Notes under the pieces: generated by a model
Database searches by the model: none
The model's input: only the letters and a program-made list of their open reading frames with translations
What the model was told of the DNA's origin: nothing
In this document: in pieces, positions 48,860-56,227 of the stretch
Layout: the number at the start of each line of letters is the position of its first letter
Position numbering within the stretch: position 1 is the stretch's first letter
Assembly: GCA_963771465.1 (NCBI GenBank)
Contig: CAVYTU010000002.1
Coordinates: 69,973-133,972 of the forward strand
From: an uncultured delta proteobacterium
GTDB lineage: Bacteria; Desulfobacterota; Binatia; UBA9968
Reading direction: 5' to 3'
DNA: 64,000 nt
Program-made: the position numbers and the translations under genes

Positions 48860-49870
48860 CTACAAGATACCGAGAATTTTTTGCAGTTGCCGGCCGAAGT
48901 CTTGAGTCTTACCGTAATGGTCGCCGTCGCGAACGACGAGGTTCAGGCCTTTGATCGCTTCGGACTGCGAAGTGCCGCTGCCGGGGAATGGGCTGCCCTT
49001 GAACGTCAGCTCATCGACGTTTTTCACGCCTTCCGGCGAGAAGATCCAATCTAACCAGAGATGACCGGCGTTGGGATTGGGACCCTTTTTACTCTTGATG
49101 AAGGCGCTGCCGGAAATCACCACGGGGTTGACCCTTGCCCACTCCACCGGCGCGCCTTTGTCTTTATACTGCAGCACGCGATAGAGAAAGACGTTCACCG
49201 CGATGGGAAACTCACCGGCCAACAGCAGTGCGACGTTCTGGGTATTGCTGCGGATCAACTGCGGCTTGTTCTGCGCCAATCGAGTGATGTAGCTGACCAC
49301 CTTTTCTTTGCCCCACCCTTCGGGCTGCGAAAGCACTTGCCACATGCGCGGATCGATGTGGAGACCGAGCTTGCCTTTCCATTTGGGATTGAGCAAATCT
49401 TCCCAGGATTTCGGCGCGTCCTTCGCCGAAACAAAATTCGTGTTGTAAGCGGGCACGGTCACGTTGCCGCCCATCTGCGCCCAGTAGCCGTTCGGGTCTT
49501 TGGCGCGCGCAGGCATCTGCTTCATGCCATCAGGCGGCAACTTTTCTACGATGCCGCGTTTGACCCACTCGGCGTAATGCAGCTGAATGTCGGCACCCAA
49601 AGAAACATCCCAAGCATGCCGGTTGGCGTTATGCTCCGCCCAGATTTTCTCCGAAACGTCTTCCCCCGCGGCGGTCCAGATTTCTACTTGGACAAACGGG
49701 TAGCGTTCATTAAATTTTTTGACCAACGCGCGGCTATCGTTAGCGCTGCCGCTGGTCCACCAAATCAGTTTTCCCTCGCGCTTAGCCGCTTCGATGACGT
49801 TAGGCGCCGGCGCCGCGTGCGCCGTCCCAATGACCAGGCATAGAAGCAAACTAGCAATAGCGTATTGCAT
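48860..49870 (-). CDS. ABC transporter periplasmic solute-binding protein (family 1)
   Basis: GGGGAGA SD before the ATG at 49870. Signal peptide MQYAIASLLLCLVIGTAHA. Confidence 0.75.
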   Translation of the reverse strand: MQYAIASLLLCLVIGTAHAAPAPNVIEAAKREGKLIWWTSGSANDSRALVKKFNERYPFVQVEIWTAAGEDVSEKIWAEHNANRHAWDVSLGADIQLHYAEWVKRGIVEKLPPDGMKQMPARAKDPNGYWAQMGGNVTVPAYNTNFVSAKDAPKSWEDLLNPKWKGKLGLHIDPRMWQVLSQPEGWGKEKVVSYITRLAQNKPQLIRSNTQNVALLLAGEFPIAVNVFLYRVLQYKDKGAPVEWARVNPVVISGSAFIKSKKGPNPNAGHLWLDWIFSPEGVKNVDELTFKGSPFPGSGTSQSEAIKGLNLVVRDGDHYGKTQDFGRQLQKILGIL

Positions 49871-50011
49871 AACTTTTTCTCCCCTGGGTTTGCGTCCTAT
49901 TGAATCGTTCCGCAATTTCTCGATTGACCGCATTTAGCTGTTACTCGCGTCACTATTTTCCGCGAACAGTAGCTCGACAAATCGCCGCCCACTCTGTGTC
50001 CAAGCAATCTT

Positions 50012-50146
50012 TTAATGAGACACCCGCCGGCTTGTCAACCAAGGCGTCCCGTGCGCCGGCAACATCATGTCGGTCGTCATGCCATACGGCCACAAACTGA
50101 TGTTGCCATCGCGCAAAGTCGTATCGACGATCCGAACTTCGTCCAC
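50012..50146 (-). pseudogene. 5' remnant of an HMGL-type carboxyltransferase gene (pyruvate carboxylase B / oxaloacetate decarboxylase alpha-like)
   Basis: An AGGAGA SD, a 6-nt gap and a GTG give MDEVRIVDTTLRDGNISLWPYGMTTDMMLPAHG..., then a stop after 44 codons. DTTLRDG is the family N-terminal signature. Full-length genes are about ten times longer. Confidence 0.6.
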
Positions 50147-50300
50147 GGATTTTCTCCTGAACAACAAACGTCAAGCAATCCTTAGCGCGAATCTGTGAAG
50201 CGAGGCAAGCCACTCAGACAGTTGGGAGGCACTGCATTTTTTAAGCGGATCGTTTAGATCTTGCGGGCGGCCTTTGGGGATATTAATATCGGCAAACAGC
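50125..50300. repeat. copy A of a duplicated ~175-nt leader module (37-nt conserved block at 50179-50215; palindrome GATATTAATATC at 50279-50290)
   Basis: Aligned by eye with copy B. The block tccttagcgcgaatctgtgaagcgaggcaagccactc differs from copy B at about 3 of 37 positions. Confidence 0.7.
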
Positions 50301-50495
50301 GTTCCGTATATTCCTGGTTAGCCTCAGTCAACAACAATGGGTTTCAAAGTCTCCCACAGCTACGTTCGCATCGTTCCGGCCAACGCGCACATCGACGCGA
50401 TGGTTGTGTGGATGTTCTCGTCCCTAGAGGCGCCCAGAAACGCTACTTCGCTGGCCCGCGGCCGCTCGTGTCAAACGATTCTTGCATAGACACTG

Positions 50496-51203
50496 ATGCC
50501 GTCTGACGATTACTTGTCACGCGTGGGTGGGATCGGCGCGATTCTTGGAGTTATCGTGCTCGTCGCGGCGACCATGCTTCACCCTATGAATGCGCATCCG
50601 AGCGATGCGGAAGCCGCCTTTGCTGAATATGCTCTCGACAGATATTGGGTCGCGACCCATTTGGGACAACTTGTCGGAGCCGTCCTCATCGCTAGCGGTT
50701 TTGTCTCGTTGTCCTGGAAGCTTCGCGCCGGACGAGCGGGAGCATGGGCTTTTCTTGCGGGTTTCGCGGCGGTCGCAAGTATGTCACTTGCCGCGGCGCT
50801 TCAGGCGGTCGATGGTGTTGCGCTGAAGTTCATGGTGGATCGATGGTCGTCGGCTGCGCCGGAAGCTCGGGCCGCAGTGTTCGAAGCCGCGTTCGGCGTT
50901 CGGCAGATTGAAATCGGCCTCGCGAGTCTAATGGAAGCCTTCTTCGGCCTGACGGTCATTCTCTATGGGGTTGCCATTGTGTTCAGTTCGACGGCGCCTC
51001 GTTGGCTCGGCATTTTCGCCGTGTTGGGCGGCGCTGCGATGCTGACTTCCAGCGTCGTGCAAGCGCACACCGGCTTTACCGACATCGCCATGGGAATGAC
51101 CATGCCAAGCACCTTGCTTGTGTTGCTGTGGTGCATTTGCGTCGGCGTTTTCTTGCTCCGAAGCGCAGGCTCCGTCGATCACGCTGCAAGACAACGTGGC
51201 TGA
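50496..51203 (+). CDS. integral membrane protein, ~6 TM helices (possibly DUF4386-like)
   Basis: 235 aa with six clear hydrophobic segments. Family assignment is tentative. Confidence 0.55.
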   Translation: MPSDDYLSRVGGIGAILGVIVLVAATMLHPMNAHPSDAEAAFAEYALDRYWVATHLGQLVGAVLIASGFVSLSWKLRAGRAGAWAFLAGFAAVASMSLAAALQAVDGVALKFMVDRWSSAAPEARAAVFEAAFGVRQIEIGLASLMEAFFGLTVILYGVAIVFSSTAPRWLGIFAVLGGAAMLTSSVVQAHTGFTDIAMGMTMPSTLLVLLWCICVGVFLLRSAGSVDHAARQRG

Positions 51204-51259
51204 GCCAGCGTCGCAATGTGTCGCCGAAAATGACGGACTGCGCATCGACTGCCCGTACC

Positions 51260-51440
51260 TGGCAATCCTAACTGCGTTCACTAAATCCTCTTGAAACGAA
51301 AGACCAAACGCCAATCGTCCTTAGCGCGAATCGGTGAAGCGAGCCAAGCTACTCGTACAGGCGCGAACCAATGTAGTCATTCAAACGGTTCGCTCTTCGT
51401 CTTGTAGGCGGCCGGCGCGGTTATTAATATCGGGAATCAA
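51260..51440. repeat. copy B of the duplicated leader module (block at 51318-51354; near-palindrome GTTATTAATATC at 51420-51431)
   Basis: Block tccttagcgcgaatcggtgaagcgagccaagctactc. Same block-to-palindrome spacing as copy A (~65 nt). A decayed GTG-AAC-GCA-GTT-AGG-ATT start at 51280 parallels the copy A gene start. Confidence 0.7.
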
Positions 51441-51504
51441 AGTTTCGAAAATTGCTGGATGGACCGCAGCAATGCGCCAATCAATGTATGAATGGAGAAG
51501 GAGA

Positions 51505-51807
51505 ATGCCGGGAAACTCAATAAGAATAGTTGCCAAAGTAGTCGCTAACCCCGATAGCGTCGACCGAGTCTACTCGATCCTTAGCAACCTGGTTGAACCA
51601 ACTCGCGATGAGTCAGGCTGTATTAGCTATGAACTGCTACAGAATCGAACTGACCCAACAGACTTTACCTTTGTCGAGGAATGGGAGACTGATGCGGCAA
51701 TAGATGCTCATTTAACGACAAAGCACATAAGGGATGCATTAACGAAACTGCCGGGTCTAATTTCAGGTGAGCCAGATATAAGGAGATATAGTGTGGTCAA
51801 AAAATAG
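51505..51807 (+). CDS. antibiotic biosynthesis monooxygenase (ABM/Dabb fold) domain protein
   Basis: GGAGAAGGAGA SD before the ATG at 51505. IRIVAKVVANPDSVD...GCISYELLQNRTDPTDFTFVEEWETDAAIDAHLTTKH is a typical ABM pattern. Confidence 0.75.
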   Translation: MPGNSIRIVAKVVANPDSVDRVYSILSNLVEPTRDESGCISYELLQNRTDPTDFTFVEEWETDAAIDAHLTTKHIRDALTKLPGLISGEPDIRRYSVVKK

Positions 51808-51903
51808 AACTAAGCAGGTTGCGTCGTCCAAGCACACACCAGTTCTTCGATCTACACCTTTATCCCATGTATCTTCCGCCTATATCCGATCCACAACTTC
51901 TCC

Positions 51904-51933
51904 TTGACAGTTTCGTGCGTCGGGAAATATGAT
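51904..51933 (+). promoter_or_regulatory. near-consensus sigma-70 promoter upstream of the radical-SAM-like gene
   Basis: TTGACA, an 18-nt spacer, then TATGAT, in a lower-GC stretch ~65 nt upstream of the ATG at 52000. Confidence 0.5.
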
Positions 51934-51999
51934 CCAGACCAATATTAGCGGGGAAAGTTCCAGCCGCTCCAATCGTTCACGGAAAGGGAAATCACACTC

Positions 52000-53394
52000 A
52001 TGGAGAATCTCGCGGAATTGACCACGGGTCGGAGATTGGATGAATTAGAAAACTATTTTCAGACTTACGGCGATCTGCCGCGAGAGATTATTTTAAAGCA
52101 TGATCTCCTGCGCGTCGGCCACTGGTTCACCGACGCCGCGCTCGAACTCGCTTCCCAAGCGCTGGTGAAATCCTACCGGTTGTTTTCCTACGATCTCATG
52201 GCGATGAAGGACATGAAGCGCAAAGAGCACCGCAAGATTCCCGAGTGGTTTACGATTCGCCGCGGCATATACGGACTGCGGCCGGTGAGCATCCAGACGA
52301 CACTCGATTCAAACTCGCCGTACGTCATCGATGTCGTCGACGGCCAGCCGAAGCTTCTGCTCAACGGCAAAGAGATCTGCGACGTTTATTTTCCCAAGCC
52401 GATGAAATACTACACGCGCAAGTTCGACGACGGCACGGCGTATCACGAGATCATCGCCTTCGGCTATTTCGTCACCGTGTTTCGCAACTGCCAGTACTGG
52501 GGCCCGGACGAAGAGTGCCGTTTCTGCGATATCAATATCAACGCGCGACAAATGAAGGAGTCGAAAGATTTCACCTTCGACGCGCCGGTAAAGCCGGTGA
52601 AGTACATGGTCGAAGTGGCGCGCTCCATCGAACAAGACGCCGCCGAAGAAGTCGGCTTCACCCCGCCGATGGATTTTCTCATCACCGGCGGGACGATTCT
52701 GAAAACGCTGCACGGCAAGAACGAGCTCGACTTCTATTCCGAGTATGTCTCGGCGCTCAAGTGGGGCGGCCGGCGGCGCTTCGTGAACCTGCAAACCAAT
52801 GGCCAGGATAAAGAAACCATGAAGCACTACCGCGCCGCGGGCGTGGACTGTCATCACTCGAATATGGAAGTCTGGGACAAGCGGCTGTTCGAATGGATCA
52901 ACCCGGGGAAAAACCGCCGCGTCGGTTGGGACGGTTGGGTGAAAAGCATGATCGACGAAGTGGATGTGTTCGGCGAAGGCAACGTGCGGCCCAACTTCGT
53001 CGGCGGCGTCGAGATGGCGAAGCCCTACGGTTTTGAAACCGTCGCAGAAGCCGTGAAGTCGACATCGGACGGCGTCGACTTCATGATGAGCCACGGCATC
53101 ATCCCGCGCTTCAACCAATGGCGCCGGGAGCCGGGCTCGAACTTGGGATCCCAGTGGGACCAACCGCCGATCCCGCTGGAATATTATCTTCAGCTGATGG
53201 GCAACTACTACAACAGCTGGAAGAAATACAATCTACCCATGCCGCGCCGCGAGTGCGTTCACCCCGAGCGGCGCATCGGCTCCGGCCATGGCACTTACGA
53301 CGATATTCTGTTGCTCAATGAGCTGCCGGACTACGAAGAAGCGTGGGACCGCGGCTTTAATGAAGGATTGAAAGGCTGCGTGACGCGGAACTAA
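52000..53394 (+). CDS. radical-SAM-like protein with atypical CX8CX2C cysteine triad and ~150-aa N-terminal extension
   Basis: FRNCQYWGPDEECRFCDI, then DFLITGGT (GGE-like) and VNLQTNG (TNG-like) at spacings reminiscent of MoaA-type radical SAM cores. 464 aa. Confidence 0.5.
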   Translation: MENLAELTTGRRLDELENYFQTYGDLPREIILKHDLLRVGHWFTDAALELASQALVKSYRLFSYDLMAMKDMKRKEHRKIPEWFTIRRGIYGLRPVSIQTTLDSNSPYVIDVVDGQPKLLLNGKEICDVYFPKPMKYYTRKFDDGTAYHEIIAFGYFVTVFRNCQYWGPDEECRFCDININARQMKESKDFTFDAPVKPVKYMVEVARSIEQDAAEEVGFTPPMDFLITGGTILKTLHGKNELDFYSEYVSALKWGGRRRFVNLQTNGQDKETMKHYRAAGVDCHHSNMEVWDKRLFEWINPGKNRRVGWDGWVKSMIDEVDVFGEGNVRPNFVGGVEMAKPYGFETVAEAVKSTSDGVDFMMSHGIIPRFNQWRREPGSNLGSQWDQPPIPLEYYLQLMGNYYNSWKKYNLPMPRRECVHPERRIGSGHGTYDDILLLNELPDYEEAWDRGFNEGLKGCVTRN

Positions 53395-53400
53395 TGGAAC

Positions 53401-53548
53401 ATGTTCAAACAGTTCAAGCCGTTCAAGCGCTTCGCTCCGTTCAAACCGTTCGATTCGGATGTTCTTTTCGCTCGCCCGCTTGTGGGAGAGGGCAAGGGTG
53501 AGGGTGACGTTTTGAACTATTTGAACGTTTTGAACGGCTTGAACTCCG
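53401..53548. repeat. long word-built hairpin (GTTCAA / TTGAAC words) around a gggagagggcaagggtgagggtga core
   Basis: agttcaagcc (53411-53420) is the exact complement of ggcttgaact (53536-53545). There are 4-5 GTTCAA words on the left and 4 TTGAAC words on the right. Confidence 0.6.
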
Positions 53549-53561
53549 AAGAGGTTTTTCG

Positions 53562-54965
53562 ATGATCGGCAGCGGCACGTTAACGAAACAGATCGCCGGC
53601 TATCTGGCGCGTACCGGATTTGACGCACTCAATGAGGACGCGTTGCGCGCGACTAAAGAGCATATCCTTTACACGCTAGGGACGATTCTCGCCGGGTCGA
53701 GCGCGCCGGGGATCAAGCAGGCGCTCGCCGGCGCGCGCGCGTTGAGCGGCGCCAGTCAGGAAAGCTCGGTTCTCGTCACCGGAGAGAAACTTCCCGCGGC
53801 TTCGGCTGCGCTGGTCAACGCCACCATGGGTCACAGCCGCGAGCTCGACATCAACGATGACCGTATCGCCTACAAATCGTCCATCACGGTAATCCCAGCC
53901 GCGCTCGCGTTGGCGGAGAAAGCCGGCAAAGTTTCCGGCAAAGATTTTATCACCGCTGTTTGCCTCGGCGTCGATCTCGGCATCCGTCTCGGTCTGGCAA
54001 CCAATCCGAAACCGGTGCACGCGCGCGCCATCGCGCTCGGTCCGTTCGCCGCAGCGGCAGGTTGTGGGAAGATTCTCAAACTGAATGAAGACGGCATGCA
54101 CGATGCCCTCGGCATCGCCTTTTGCCGTTCGACAGTTGCAGGCAACAGCACGGTCGCGCCGTCGCTGACCAAGCGGCTCGGCGTCGGCTTCGCCTCGCAG
54201 AGCGGCGTGGTCGCGGCAACGCTCGCTTCGGTCGGCTATCCCGCCGCCGGCGAAGTCCTGCAAGGCGCGGCCGGTTTCTTCCAAACCTTTTACCAGCAGG
54301 AAGGCGATTACGCCCAACTACTCGATCAACTCGGCAGCCGCTTTGAGATCGTTCTCGTCGGCCCGAAACCTTTTCCCTCTTGCCGCTACACCCATTGCGC
54401 CGTCACAGGCGTTTTAGATCTCGTGCGCAAGCATGCGATCAAAGCGCGCGACATCGACGAAGTCCGCGTGCAAATCGGCGAGCGCGACATGCGCTCGGTG
54501 GGCGGCTGGAGCGAAGACGAGAAAAAGAAAAAGCACCGTCCCGAAGGCGTGGTCGACGCGCAGTTCAGCATTCCTTACACCGTCGCCGCCACGCTCGTCA
54601 GCGGCGGGCTGTCGCTGGAAGAATTCACCGACGCGAAATTGCGCAGCGAAGAAATCCTCGATCTCGCCGCGCGCGTGAAGACCATTCTCACGCCGGAATT
54701 CGACCACGGCCCGATGGATGTCAAACCGCAAGTCGTCGAGATCGTCATGCGCGACGGCAGAATGTTCAACCAAAAAGTCATCTATCCGAAGGGCAATCCC
54801 AACAACCCGGTAACCTCCGAAGAACTCGTCGCCGCCTTCCGCGGCATGGCCAGTTATGCAGCCAAACCGCTCAGCGCCGCCAAGATCGACGACGCGGTCG
54901 AGCTAGCGCAACGGTTGGAAGAAGTAGACGATGTCGCTGTGCTGGCGAAGTTGTTGACCGCGTAA
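53562..54965 (+). CDS. MmgE/PrpD family protein (2-methylcitrate dehydratase superfamily)
   Basis: 467 aa. ...EDALRATKEHILYTLGTILAGSSAP..., ATMGHSRELD and PFPSCRYTH are typical of the family. Confidence 0.8.
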   Translation: MIGSGTLTKQIAGYLARTGFDALNEDALRATKEHILYTLGTILAGSSAPGIKQALAGARALSGASQESSVLVTGEKLPAASAALVNATMGHSRELDINDDRIAYKSSITVIPAALALAEKAGKVSGKDFITAVCLGVDLGIRLGLATNPKPVHARAIALGPFAAAAGCGKILKLNEDGMHDALGIAFCRSTVAGNSTVAPSLTKRLGVGFASQSGVVAATLASVGYPAAGEVLQGAAGFFQTFYQQEGDYAQLLDQLGSRFEIVLVGPKPFPSCRYTHCAVTGVLDLVRKHAIKARDIDEVRVQIGERDMRSVGGWSEDEKKKKHRPEGVVDAQFSIPYTVAATLVSGGLSLEEFTDAKLRSEEILDLAARVKTILTPEFDHGPMDVKPQVVEIVMRDGRMFNQKVIYPKGNPNNPVTSEELVAAFRGMASYAAKPLSAAKIDDAVELAQRLEEVDDVAVLAKLLTA

Positions 54966-55009
54966 TGCGTCATTCAAACAGAGTGAACCACGTTGGCGCT
55001 TGGGATCGA

Positions 55010-55048
55010 TTCCTTTCCCCCTTGCGGGGAAAGGTTAGGATAGGGGTG
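55010..55048. repeat. 40-nt hairpin-plus-tail element (ttcctttcccc-cttgc-ggggaaagg + ttaggataggggtg)
   Basis: Read directly. An inverted copy is at 60888-60927. Confidence 0.6.
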
Positions 55049-55121
55049 CCAAGCTATCGGCACCGGGTAACGCGGGCCGCGAAAAGCGCAGCGATTGAGT
55101 AAATCAAAGGACGACGTCTCG

Positions 55122-56204
55122 ATGCCGAAACGGTTTTTCTGCCAAATTTGCTTGAGCACTTTGCTCGCGTTTCTATTCGTTAATCGCTTGCTCGCCGCCG
55201 AGCCTTTCTACCAAGGCAAGACGTTGCGCGTGATCGTCGCTTCGGCCGCCGGTGGCGGCAGCGACATCGTCGCACGCTTGATGATGCGTCATTTGCCGCG
55301 CCTTATACCCGGCAACCCGACTATCATCGTTGAAAACATGCCGGGTGCCGGCGAGATCATCGGCACGAACTACGTCTACGGCAAAGCCAAACCGGATGGA
55401 CTCACTACGTTGTTTGCCACCGGTACGCCAATCAACCAGTTGATCGAGTTGCCCGGCATCGAGTTCGATGTCACGAAGATGCCCATCGTCGGCGGCAGTT
55501 CTGAATCGGTAGCCGCGTTCATCAGAACCGACAAGACCGGTGTGAAATCGGCGCGCGAGCTATTGAATCCGAAAGCGCCCATCGTCATCGGCGGCTCCGG
55601 TTACGGTTCGATCAAAGACGTGTCGATGCTGGCAGCCATGAATCTGCTCGGCGTAAAGAATCCCACATACGTTACCGGCTACGGCGGCGCCGGCCCGATC
55701 CGTCTTGCCTACGAGCGCGCCGAAGTGAATTTCACCCAAGAAACCGCCGTCGGCATATCACGCTCGGTGCTGCCCTGGGTGCGCGAAGGTTGGACCTCGA
55801 TTCTTTACCAGGTCGGTTTTCTCGACGGCAAAGGCATCGTAATCAAAGACCCGGTGTGGAAAGAGCTCGGCATTGACACGCCGTCGATCACGGAAGTCTA
55901 TCGCGCCGTGTACGGGCGCGAGGCGGCGGGACCCGCGTGGGAAGCGGAGAAGGCTTTGATCGGCGGCTATTCACTGACGCGGATGATGGCGGTCGCGCCC
56001 AAGACTCCGCCAACGCTGATCGCGGAGCTGCGCCAAGCATTTCAAGCGATGGGCAAAGACCAAGCCTTCTTAACGGAATGGACCAAGAGCCAAGGCTCCC
56101 CGCCGCGTTTGGTGCCCGGCGATGAAGCCGGCAGTATCGCCGCATCGATTCTCAAAGCGCCGCGGGAAGCGGTGAATATTTTGAAAAAACTCTCCGCGCC
56201 TTAA
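55122..56204 (+). CDS. Bug/TctC family periplasmic substrate-binding protein
   Basis: Signal peptide. FYQGKTLRVIVASAAGGGSDIVAR...VENMPGAGEIIGTNYVYGKAKPDGLT. Confidence 0.8.
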   Translation: MPKRFFCQICLSTLLAFLFVNRLLAAEPFYQGKTLRVIVASAAGGGSDIVARLMMRHLPRLIPGNPTIIVENMPGAGEIIGTNYVYGKAKPDGLTTLFATGTPINQLIELPGIEFDVTKMPIVGGSSESVAAFIRTDKTGVKSARELLNPKAPIVIGGSGYGSIKDVSMLAAMNLLGVKNPTYVTGYGGAGPIRLAYERAEVNFTQETAVGISRSVLPWVREGWTSILYQVGFLDGKGIVIKDPVWKELGIDTPSITEVYRAVYGREAAGPAWEAEKALIGGYSLTRMMAVAPKTPPTLIAELRQAFQAMGKDQAFLTEWTKSQGSPPRLVPGDEAGSIAASILKAPREAVNILKKLSAP

Positions 56205-56227
56205 GTTTTGCGCAGACATAAAAATTC

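Noticed and set aside
49953-50213. An 86-aa minus-strand ORF treated as an independent small gene.
   Set aside because: It is a mixed-frame by-product of the decayed carboxyltransferase 5' remnant. The family-like peptide (VRIVDTTLRDG) lies in a different frame that stops after 44 codons.
5125-53548. Word-repeat hairpins as CRISPR arrays or as tandem-repeat (VNTR) loci.
   Set aside because: The units are 6-10 nt with no unique spacers of CRISPR size. The repeats are arranged as complementary arms, and each locus is under 150 nt. There are no cas genes in the window.
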